A stretch of 15,118 nucleotides of DNA from Synergistaceae bacterium (GTDB lineage Bacteria; Synergistota; Synergistia; Synergistales; Aminobacteriaceae), in assembly GCA_031280635.1 (NCBI GenBank), contig JAITGK010000150.1, positions 1 through 15,118 of the forward strand. The letters run 5' to 3'. The notes under the pieces were generated by a model that was not told where the DNA came from, searched no databases, and saw nothing but the letters and a program-made list of their open reading frames with translations. Positions within the stretch are counted from its first letter, which is position 1. Each line of letters opens with the position of its first letter. Of this stretch, positions 1 through 6,462 are shown in pieces. The position numbers were made by a program, and so were the translations under genes.

Positions 1-118
1 TGTGGCCCTGTGGCCCTGTGGCCCTGTGGCCCTGTGGCCCTGTGGCCCTGTGGCCCTGTGGCCCTGTGGCCCTGTGGCCCTGTGGCCCTGTGGCCCTGTG
101 GCCCTGTGGCCCTGTGGC
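1..118. repeat. Tandem 8-bp microsatellite (TGTGGCCC)n, ~14 perfect units, running off the window start
   Basis: Direct reading: tgtggccc repeats head-to-tail from base 1 to 112, then a degenerate tgtggcaa. The six-frame ORF 18..242 is just the in-frame translation of the repeat (VALWPCGP iterated), not a gene. Confidence 0.95.
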
Positions 119-420
119 AATTATATCGGATTCTTTGGGCGATCACATCCGTAAAATTCACTATTTTCATCTCATTCCCATAAAAACTTTCATGTTTCCC
201 CGAAACGGAAATTTCAAAGAAAGCTCAAAAACTTATGGGTAAGTTTACTTGATTTTTTCAAAAAAGCAAGACCAGTGAGTTTCGTAGGCAAACGCGTGAG
301 TCCTACGCTGAATCATTGCCGCAAAAGCAATAGCAGTTGTGATAAACTGCTCACTAATCCTTGCGGCGCATGGATTTTCCCTTGAAATAATCCTTACTTG
401 AGCCGCGCTCTCAATCAGCT

Positions 421-514
421 TATAGTGGCTTGCGTAATCACGGCGCGGAAATCAGAGACCAAAAACCGGACATAAATAGCAAAAACTTTGCGAAGAAAAG
501 AGCCAACCGCTATA
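421..514 (+). repeat. Intergenic repeat element, type I copy A (~95 bp), directly 3' of the Crp-family gene
   Basis: About 90% identical to 2085..2180 and to the reverse complement of 10981..11078. Starts tatagtggcttgcgtaatcacggcgcggaaatcagagacc and ends aaaagagccaaccgctata. Confidence 0.85.
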
Positions 515-521
515 ATCACGA

Positions 522-1184
522 TTATCGCGCATCATTGAAAAGTTCAAAGTGACTACGCTGATAGCGCAAGAGTCCTTCGTCTTTCATTCTCGACAACTCG
601 GCGGACATAGCGCTCCTGTCCACCGACAGGTAGTCCGCCAGTTCCTGACGGTTAAACGGTATGTCGAAAGCGTTTCCTCCTGTTAGTTTCGCCCGCTCGG
701 ATAAGTACGACAGCAATTTCTCCCGAGTAGTGCGCTGGGTAACGTGCTCCAGCTTCCGCGTTAGCATAACATTCTTTTCCGCCAATATTCGTGTCAGATT
801 GTAGATCAGCGCCGTATGGAAGTCGCGGAACGACGGACAAGCCGTGAGTATACGCTTGCAGTTCATCAGCAGGATTTCAGCTTCCTCAACGGTCGCTACA
901 CTGACCGGCAAATTCTTGACTCCCGCGCAGGCGAAGGCCTCCCCAAACAACCCACCAGATTCAACACGAGCCAAAATCGACCGGTTCCCCCAAAAATCCT
1001 CGCGCAGCACATGAATCGCTCCAGAAAGCACAATACCTACCGAATCGGCTTTATCCCCCGCCCTGAATATGAAGCCATTCTTCTCGAAACGCTTCTGAAC
1101 GGCGGACAGACAACCCAGTAGCCTCCGCAAATCAGCCTCCCCGATCCCGGCGAACAAAGGGCAAGTTCCCAAAGTCGAATCCAT
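522..1184 (-). CDS. Crp/Fnr-family transcriptional regulator (N-terminal cNMP-binding-like domain, C-terminal HTH)
   Basis: The 220-aa ORF has the family-typical layout: a beta-roll effector domain (GDKADSVGIVLSGAIHVLREDFWGNRSIL..GGLFGE) followed by a C-terminal HTH (TREKLLSYLSE...FDIPFNRQELADYLSVDRSAMSAELSRMKDEGLL). AGGAGGT lies 5 nt upstream of the ATG. Confidence 0.85.
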   Translation of the reverse strand: MDSTLGTCPLFAGIGEADLRRLLGCLSAVQKRFEKNGFIFRAGDKADSVGIVLSGAIHVLREDFWGNRSILARVESGGLFGEAFACAGVKNLPVSVATVEEAEILLMNCKRILTACPSFRDFHTALIYNLTRILAEKNVMLTRKLEHVTQRTTREKLLSYLSERAKLTGGNAFDIPFNRQELADYLSVDRSAMSAELSRMKDEGLLRYQRSHFELFNDAR

Positions 1185-1197
1185 CTCAACCTCCTAT

Positions 1198-1213
1198 GGT
1201 TGTAAAAACAACC
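1198..1213. promoter_or_regulatory. Candidate Crp/Fnr-type operator: inverted repeat GGTTGT-aaaa-ACAACC in the divergent intergenic region
   Basis: 6-4-6 inverted repeat read directly. Its centre is ~65 bp upstream of the ferredoxin ATG, which places it near the -40 position of a class II activation site if the TSS is ~25-30 bp upstream of that ATG. It lies immediately upstream of the regulator's own RBS. Confidence 0.4.
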
Positions 1214-1270
1214 GATTATTTGTTTTTAGGATAGTACGATAAAGCTACAAAATCAAGGGAGGCGCGGTAA

Positions 1271-2026
1271 ATGATACGAAAAATCATCAAGATTGACGAA
1301 GATAAGTGCGATGGGTGCGGACTGTGCGCCACCGCCTGCCACGAGTCCGCAATAGGCGTAGTGAACGGCAAAGCGAAACTCTTGAGGGACGATTACTGCG
1401 ACGGGCTGGGAAACTGCCTTCCCGCCTGCCCCACGAGAGCTATTTTTTTCGAGGAACGGGAAGCCGCGGAGTACGACGAGGAAGCTGTGAAGAAAAATAT
1501 CAAGGAAAAGAAAAAGACGGCGGCGAAAGGTGGCTGTCCCGGTTCCAACGCCCATACTATTCAGCGAGAAACTTCCCAGGCGTCAGGTAAAATGGCGATT
1601 ACCAGCCGCCTGAATCAATGGCCGATACAGATCAGGCTCGTGCCAATCAACGCGCCGTATTTTGAGAACGCGAACCTGTTGGTATCGGCGGACTGCTGCG
1701 CTTATGCCCAAGGCAATTTTCACGAGGAGTTCATGCGTAACAAGATCACTCTCATTGGTTGCTCCAAGCTGGACAATGTGGATTACAGCGAGAAATTGAC
1801 GGAGATCATCGCGCGCAACAACATCAAATCCGTTACAGTGGTAAGAATGGAAGTCCCCTGTTGCGGGGGCATCGAAAATGCCGCGAAGACCGCGCTTAAG
1901 AATTCCGGCAAGAGTCTCGGAGCCAAGATGATTCCCTGGCGAGTGATCACTCTGTCTACCGGTGGTGAGGTGTTGGAAGACTTTCATAGCGGATTGCGTA
2001 ATTGTGAACACCAAAATAGCGTGTAA
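1271..2026 (+). CDS. Iron-sulfur protein: N-terminal 2x[4Fe-4S] ferredoxin domain fused to a Cys-rich C-terminal domain resembling the MvhD/FlpD hydrogenase delta-subunit family
   Basis: CDGCGLCATAC and CDGLGNCLPACP cluster motifs occur at residues 13-55, followed by a Lys/Glu-rich linker. The C-terminal ~150 aa carry ADCCAY, GCSKLD and VPCCGG motifs that follow the MvhD pattern (hydrophobic-CxxCsY ... mCSgR ... C-C). AGGGAGG lies 8 nt upstream of the ATG. The last ~15 codons come from a repeat element (see 1980..2068). Confidence 0.75.
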   Translation: MIRKIIKIDEDKCDGCGLCATACHESAIGVVNGKAKLLRDDYCDGLGNCLPACPTRAIFFEEREAAEYDEEAVKKNIKEKKKTAAKGGCPGSNAHTIQRETSQASGKMAITSRLNQWPIQIRLVPINAPYFENANLLVSADCCAYAQGNFHEEFMRNKITLIGCSKLDNVDYSEKLTEIIARNNIKSVTVVRMEVPCCGGIENAAKTALKNSGKSLGAKMIPWRVITLSTGGEVLEDFHSGLRNCEHQNSV

Positions 2027-2068
2027 AAAGCAGCTACCGCAAAAGTTTTGTTCATAAAAGAGCCAATG
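1980..2068 (+). repeat. Intergenic repeat element, type II variant (~88 bp), overlapping the 3' end of the ferredoxin CDS
   Basis: Begins catagcggattgcgtaat and ends aaaagagccaatggcccc. The middle (agcgtgtaaaaag...cgcaaaagtttt) matches the 14469..14556 copy. Its termini match those of the type I copies. Confidence 0.6.
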
Positions 2069-2084
2069 GCCCCAGGGTGTGTTT

Positions 2085-2180
2085 TATAGTGGATTGCGTA
2101 ATCACGGCGCGGAAATCAGAGACCAAAAACCTGATATAAACACGGCAAAAACTTTGCGCGGAAAAGAGCCAACGGCTCTA
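2085..2180 (+). repeat. Intergenic repeat element, type I copy B (~96 bp), interrupted/abutted at its 3' end by the IS
   Basis: tatagtggattgcgtaatcacggcgcggaaatcagagaccaaaaacctgatataaacacggcaaaaactttgcgcggaaaagagccaacggctcta. Contains the internal direct repeat GCGCGGAAAtcAGAG / GCGCGGAAAagAGCC and a terminal hairpin AGAGCC-aac-GGCTCT. Confidence 0.85.
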
Positions 2181-2190
2181 GATACTGTCG

Positions 2191-2676
2191 TCACGAGACG
2201 CCGACCCAGAGAGCGACGCGTCTGATACGCGCGGCGGCTAGAAACAATGAGGTGTTTTTCGCGTACCTTGTGGCAATCCCTCGCCAGCGTTTTAAATATA
2301 AAAAAGCGTTTTCAACCAGATGCCTGAGTTTATATAAATATTCGTCATACCGCCGAGGCTCCTTACGCTTCCTCTTCGGCGGTATAACTACCCACATACC
2401 GGCTTCTTTCGCTTCGTTGATAATTCCGCCTCTATCATAAGCGCGATCCGCTATAAGATTTTCAGCGTCTATGCCGCCAATCAGAGCCGCGGCCTGAGCG
2501 CGGTCAGCTCCGGTACCTTCTGTAATATGCATTCTGACTGGCATACCATGCGCGTCCACGGCCGAATGTATCTTTGTGTTGAGCCCCCTTTTGTAACGCT
2601 CATATCCTGATTCCCTCCTCTCGCTCCCGTCGCGTGAGGGTGAACCTTGACGCGCGAGGCGTCTATCATCAGCCAC
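2191..2676 (-). CDS. IS5-family transposase OrfB (DDE catalytic C-terminal part), probably expressed as an OrfAB fusion by a -1 frameshift
   Basis: LNTKIHSAVDAHGMPVRMHITEGTGADRAQAAALIGGIDAENLIADRAYD...LKRWRGIATRYAK is typical IS5-family DDE transposase C-terminus. It overlaps orfA by ~195 nt in the -1 frame. An A4G5 tract on the minus strand (plus coordinates 2584..2592) is the likely slippage site. Confidence 0.75.
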   Translation of the reverse strand: MADDRRLARQGSPSRDGSERRESGYERYKRGLNTKIHSAVDAHGMPVRMHITEGTGADRAQAAALIGGIDAENLIADRAYDRGGIINEAKEAGMWVVIPPKRKRKEPRRYDEYLYKLRHLVENAFLYLKRWRGIATRYAKNTSLFLAAARIRRVALWVGVS

Positions 2677-2954
2677 TCAAAGTCCGGCTCAGTTATCAGC
2701 CGCTCCAGCGGGGACTCCCATATTCCCTTGTCCCTCCATCGGCAATAGCGGCGGCGCTTGGTTTTCCTGCCGCCGTAATCTGGCGGCAGGTCGCGCCAGG
2801 GCGCTCCGGCGCGTAAAATCCAGAATACAGCGTTAATGAACAGTCTGTTATCTCTGACTTTCCCTCCCCATGCGCCCTCCCTGCCGGGAAAGCGCGGCAC
2901 CAGAAGGTTCCAGACTCTGTCTGATATATCGTGGCGGTGACGCGCGTTATCCAT
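2481..2954 (-). CDS. IS5-family transposase OrfA (N-terminal DUF4096-like part)
   Basis: MDNARHRHDISDRVWNLLVPRFPGREGAWGGKVRDNRLFINAVFWILRAGAPWRDLPPDYGG...RWRDKGIW is the conserved N-terminal module of IS5/IS427-group transposases. RBS GGGGGAG lies 6 nt upstream. Confidence 0.8.
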   Translation of the reverse strand: MDNARHRHDISDRVWNLLVPRFPGREGAWGGKVRDNRLFINAVFWILRAGAPWRDLPPDYGGRKTKRRRYCRWRDKGIWESPLERLITEPDFEWLMIDASRVKVHPHATGARGGNQDMSVTKGGSTQRYIRPWTRMVCQSECILQKVPELTALRPRL

Positions 2955-3049
2955 ATATTACTCCCCCTGCGCTGTTGTATTTTATGGAGAGATAATAACA
3001 TGATAAATGTCTCGTGACGACAGTATCTAGGTTTTCAGCAGCGGCACAA

Positions 3050-3604
3050 ATGAGCGACGGGACAGGTAAAGGCGGCGCGCTTCTGGCGCTGGATTGTAGT
3101 TTGAAGCGGACCAACGCCGCCGTTCTCTCGCTTTCGGAAGGCGAATTGTTGGCGGTGAAACGGCTTGACATCGGGCGGCGGCAAGTGGTGGAACTCCCCT
3201 TAGCCATGGAGGGCCTCCTTGCCGAGACGGGGAGGAGCTTCGGAGACTTGGGGCTTGTGGCCGTGACCAACGGCCCCGGCTACTTTACGGGTATCCGCGT
3301 GGGAGTCTCTTACGGGGCAGCGCTGGCCCACGGGTTGGGCCTGAAAATCGCGCCGGCCTTCACACTTCACATGCTGACTTTCCCCTGGCTCTCTCAAGCC
3401 AAGACCGTCCTCGTTTTCGCCGATCCCCCCTATAACCAGGGTTGGGGGAAAACGCTGCCTCACACAAACGACCTGGAAAAAATCCTGAAGCGAGACGGGG
3501 TGCTGGTGATGGAATACTCAGCGCGGGAGGCGCTTGATGTCCCCCCCGGTTTGGGTCGTAACGAACACCTGCGCCTACCGCGAGACGGTCGAATGAAAAA
3601 GTAA
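3050..3604 (+). CDS. tsaB: tRNA threonylcarbamoyladenosine biosynthesis protein TsaB (YeaZ family), short form; start uncertain (in-frame ATG at 3014 lies inside the IS inverted repeat)
   Basis: ALLALDCS...AVLSLSEGELLAVKRLDIGRRQVVELPLAMEGLLAETGRSFGDLGLVAVTNGPGYFTGIRVGVSYGAALAHGLGLKIAPAFTLHMLT matches the YeaZ/TsaB core (ILAIDTS..., GRGPGSFTG[IV]RIG). VLVFADPPYNQGW aligns to the VLAAIDARMGEVYW region. The 184-aa length is at the short end for the family. Confidence 0.6.
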   Translation: MSDGTGKGGALLALDCSLKRTNAAVLSLSEGELLAVKRLDIGRRQVVELPLAMEGLLAETGRSFGDLGLVAVTNGPGYFTGIRVGVSYGAALAHGLGLKIAPAFTLHMLTFPWLSQAKTVLVFADPPYNQGWGKTLPHTNDLEKILKRDGVLVMEYSAREALDVPPGLGRNEHLRLPRDGRMKK

Positions 3605-3795
3605 CCGCAACTTAGTAGGAGGTAATCGCAACCTGAGGGAATTAGGATTGCGTTTAACAATGCAAAGCGTTAGAGAGTGAAAATATAAAGTAGATTTGAA
3701 AAAGTAACCGCCGCTTTGAAAGAGCAAGCGCAATGCTGGAAAAGTCGGAAAAAATCCTATTTTTACTTTTCAGCACTAATTTCTCAACAATTTAG

Positions 3796-3838
3796 ATCGC
3801 CGCGTTGATATACTTCGCGGCGGTTTTATTTTTCTTTT
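3796..3838 (+). terminator. Rho-independent terminator (CGCCGCG-ttgatatactt-CGCGGCG followed by GTTTTATTTTTCTTTT)
   Basis: A 7-bp GC stem with an 11-nt loop is followed by a T-rich tract on the plus strand only. It lies ~190 nt downstream of tsaB. Confidence 0.6.
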
Positions 3839-4061
3839 CCCGGAAAAACGCGTCTCGTTTTGCCTATACGGAAGAAATTTTGGGCACAACAAAGCAAAGC
3901 TTGGCGATTTACCAATTTTTTCGCAAATCTTATCGCAATCCCTCTTTTTAACCTATTCTCGGAACCCATCATTTCCCCAGCCACTACAACTTTACCGCCC
4001 GTTTTGTTTTATGCGCACGGCAATTCCGGCTTCAATATGTGGTTTTAGACAGGAAAAAACG

Positions 4062-4136
4062 TTAAAGACCGGAAGAATAAAATCCCACCCACCTCCAATT
4101 ATAGTATAGATGATCAAGATCAAGCGCTAAAACCAT
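4062..4136 (-). CDS. Candidate small protein/leader peptide, 24 aa (MVLALDLDHLYYNWRWVGFYSSGL)
   Basis: An ATG is preceded by AGAAGGAGGTG with an 8-nt spacer, a near-perfect RBS. It is driven by the near-consensus promoter at 4195..4221. It falls below the 60-aa cutoff of the supplied ORF track. Confidence 0.35.
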   Translation of the reverse strand: MVLALDLDHLYYNWRWVGFYSSGL

Positions 4137-4194
4137 ATTTTTTTCACCTCCTTCTATATCATTATCATTTTAGCTTTCAGTTTTATTTTTACCG

Positions 4195-4221
4195 ATTATA
4201 TCATAAATTCTCTTTTGTCAA
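4195..4221 (-). promoter_or_regulatory. Near-consensus sigma70 promoter on the minus strand: TTGACA-N15-TGaTATAAT
   Basis: The minus strand reads ccattgacaaaagagaatttatgatataatcgg. The -35 TTGACA is the complement of 4216..4221 and the extended -10 TGATATAAT is the complement of 4195..4203. The promoter points toward the 24-aa ORF. Confidence 0.5.
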
Positions 4222-4289
4222 TGGACTTGTTTATTTCCCAATTTTAACCTTATAGCGGGTTGCGGTAATGCTAGTATCCGCAAATCCCC

Positions 4290-4317
4290 TATAATGAAAG
4301 GCAATTCATAAAGGAGG
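4290..4317 (+). promoter_or_regulatory. TATAAT -10 box and AAAGGAGG RBS upstream of the Cdc48-like ATPase gene
   Basis: TATAAT lies at 4290..4295. AAAGGAGG at 4310..4317 ends 8 nt before the ATG at 4326. The upstream motif tatagcgggttgcggtaat (4248..4266) resembles the repeat-element 5' end. Confidence 0.45.
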
Positions 4318-4325
4318 AGTTAGGC

Positions 4326-6452
4326 ATGTTCAAGGTAAAAGAGGCCAGCACGGGCGACGCGCACAAGGGCATAGCGCGGATGGACGTCGCCGACATGGCG
4401 ATACTGGGCCTGTCCGAGGGGCAGATCGCCGAAATCTCCGGGAAGAAGACCACCGCCGCCCGTGTCCACGCGCTGAACCCGTCCGATGGGGAGAACTCCG
4501 GGAAGCGCTTCCTCCAAATCGACGGACTGATTCGCGAGAACGCCGTTGTCCTGTTGGAGGACACAGTGACGGTTAGGCGCGCGGAACATCATTTCGCTGG
4601 CAGCGTCACTTTACAACCCCTCACCTCCACCGCCCTGACAGACAAGGAGCGCGACGCGCCCTACATCCTGTCGCTGATGGAGGGTATGCCCCTCACAGCA
4701 GGCGACCGGGTACGGCTCAACCTCTTCGGAACGCGCGTCTGCGACTTCCGCGTGACGGAGACCACGCCGGAGGGAGCCGTGGTGGTCAGCAAGGTCACGT
4801 ATCTGAACCTTTTGAAGAACGCCAAGATCGCTCAGCCGAAAAAAATTTCCTACGAGGACATCGGCGGCCTGGGTTCCCAGATACGCCACATCCGCGAGAT
4901 GATCGAGCTGCCTCTGCGCTTCCCTCAGGTGTTTGAGCGACTGGGCATCCAGCCCCCCAAGGGCGTGTTGCTCTATGGCCCCCCTGGTACGGGCAAAACG
5001 GTCATCGCCCGCGCCGTGGCTAACGAGACCGACGCCTGGTTCACCCACATCTCCGGCCCGGAGATCATCGGGAAGTTCTATGGTGAAAGCGAGGAACGTC
5101 TGCGCAACATCTTCGAGGAGGCCCAGTCCCGCGCGCCATCCATCGTATTCATCGACGAGATCGACGCCATTGCCCCCAAACGGGAGGACATGGGTGGGGA
5201 AAAGCAAGTGGAGCGCCGAGTGGTGGCCCAACTCCTGGCCCTGATGGACGGCCTAGAGTCCCGCGGGCAAATTGTGGTCATCGGCGCGACCAACATCCCC
5301 AACTCCCTGGACCCGGCCCTGCGCCGTCCAGGACGCTTCGACCGCGAGATCTCCATTCCCATCCCCGACCGCAAGGGGCGATACGAAATTCTCCAAATTC
5401 ACACGCGGGGAATGCCCCTGGCCCAGGAGTCTGGAGCGGACGCGGTGGACTTGAAGCGAGTGGCCGATCTTTCCCACGGATTTGTGGGCGCGGACCTGGA
5501 GGTCCTGGCCAAGGAAGCGGCCATGGCCTGCGTGCGCGACGTTCTGCCTCACGTAAACCTCCAGACCCAGGAGATACCCTACGAGAAAGTCTCGACTCTG
5601 GAGGTGAGAATGAGCCACTTCATGTCCGCCCTGATGGAAATAGAGCCCTCCGCCATACGCGAGGTTTTTGTGGAGATACCAGACGTGACCTGGAACGACG
5701 TGGGCGGTTTGGACGCCGTCAAGGAAGAGCTCGTCAACGCCGTTCAGTGGCCCTTGCAGAGGCCGGAACTCTTTGAGCGCTACGCCATTCAGCCGCCTAA
5801 GGGGATTTTGCTGCATGGCCCATCGGGCACGGGGAAAACGCTGCTGGCTAAGGCTCTAGCCAAGGAGAGCGGAATCAACTTCATCTCGGTGAAGGGCCCA
5901 TCTCTGATGTCAAAGTACGTAGGCGAGTCGGAGCGGGCCATCCGTGAGGTGTTCCGCACGGCGAAACAGGCGGCCCCGTCGATTCTCTATTTCGACGAGA
6001 TCGAAACCCTGGTTCCCGTGCGGGGGCGTGACGCAGGCGGCGCGGCGGCCTTTACGGAGCGGGTCATCGGGCAGTTCCTGGCGGAGATGAGCGGCATTGA
6101 GGAGCTGACCGGCGTGGTGGTTCTAGCCACCACCAATCGGGTCGATTTGGTAGATCCAGCGCTTCTGACCGCGGGGCGCTTCGATCTGGTGCTAGAGCTT
6201 CCCCTGCCCGACCCGGCCGCGCGGGAGGCAATCTTCGGTATCGAACTGCGCAAAAAACCCCTGGCGTCCGACGTGGACGTGAAGGAACTGGCGCGTCTGA
6301 CCGAGGGACGTAGCGGCGCGGACATCGCCTTCGTCTGCCGCAAGGCTGCCATGCTGGCCCTGCGCGAGCGATTTTCTCAGGACATGGCGGAGTTTCACGT
6401 GGGTCGGGAACACTTCAACGCCGCGCTCTCATTGATCGCGCTCCGACGCTAG
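4326..6452 (+). CDS. Cdc48/VAT-type AAA+ ATPase (CDC48 N-domain plus tandem D1 and D2 AAA modules)
   Basis: The 708-aa product has an N-terminal double-psi-barrel-like region ([36 protein letters not shown]). It has two Walker A sites (GPPGTGKT at D1, GPSGTGKT at D2) and Walker B sites ([17 protein letters not shown]). SRH/arginine-finger regions ([23 protein letters not shown]) are present. Confidence 0.9.
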   Translation: MFKVKEASTGDAHKGIARMDVADMAILGLSEGQIAEISGKKTTAARVHALNPSDGENSGKRFLQIDGLIRENAVVLLEDTVTVRRAEHHFAGSVTLQPLTSTALTDKERDAPYILSLMEGMPLTAGDRVRLNLFGTRVCDFRVTETTPEGAVVVSKVTYLNLLKNAKIAQPKKISYEDIGGLGSQIRHIREMIELPLRFPQVFERLGIQPPKGVLLYGPPGTGKTVIARAVANETDAWFTHISGPEIIGKFYGESEERLRNIFEEAQSRAPSIVFIDEIDAIAPKREDMGGEKQVERRVVAQLLALMDGLESRGQIVVIGATNIPNSLDPALRRPGRFDREISIPIPDRKGRYEILQIHTRGMPLAQESGADAVDLKRVADLSHGFVGADLEVLAKEAAMACVRDVLPHVNLQTQEIPYEKVSTLEVRMSHFMSALMEIEPSAIREVFVEIPDVTWNDVGGLDAVKEELVNAVQWPLQRPELFERYAIQPPKGILLHGPSGTGKTLLAKALAKESGINFISVKGPSLMSKYVGESERAIREVFRTAKQAAPSILYFDEIETLVPVRGRDAGGAAAFTERVIGQFLAEMSGIEELTGVVVLATTNRVDLVDPALLTAGRFDLVLELPLPDPAAREAIFGIELRKKPLASDVDVKELARLTEGRSGADIAFVCRKAAMLALRERFSQDMAEFHVGREHFNAALSLIALRR

Positions 6453-6462
6453 GAAACAGCGG

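Larger units (their letters stand above)
2177..3030 (-). mobile_element. Intact IS5-family insertion sequence (~846-854 bp, two overlapping transposase ORFs, perfect terminal inverted repeats)
   Basis: The left end ctagATACTGTCGTCACGAGAC (2177..2199) is the exact reverse complement of the right end GTCTCGTGACGACAGTATctag (3009..3030). The flanking palindromic CTAG means the target duplication could be CTAG (IS5-like), TAG or TA. orfA/orfB are IS5-family (IS427/IS1031-like) transposase halves. Confidence 0.85.

Noticed and set aside
1-118. Whether the regularly repeated short units could be a CRISPR array.
   Set aside because: Units are 7-8 bp with no intervening unique spacers. These are microsatellites, not repeat-spacer arrays.
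18-242. ORF translating to VALWPCGP repeats, and similarly 14204..14431 translating to WLLAPGS repeats.
   Set aside because: Both are in-frame read-through of 8-bp and 7-bp microsatellites with no RBS. They are not credible genes.
3014-3604. The C-terminal part of the TsaB-like ORF (VLVFADPPYNQGW...) first looked like the DPPY motif region of an RsmD-type methyltransferase. That suggested a tsaB'-'rsmD chimeric pseudogene.
   Set aside because: The same segment aligns at least as well with the native TsaB/YeaZ middle region (VLAAIDARMGEVYW; D and W conserved). A single short TsaB is the simpler reading.
3826-3972. A 48-aa minus-strand ORF (MMGSENRLKRGIAIRFAKKLVNRQALLCC...) downstream of the 24-aa ORF.
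   Set aside because: It has poor RBS spacing and a Lys/Arg-rich composition typical of chance ORFs in AT-rich DNA. It also overlaps the plus-strand terminator hairpin.
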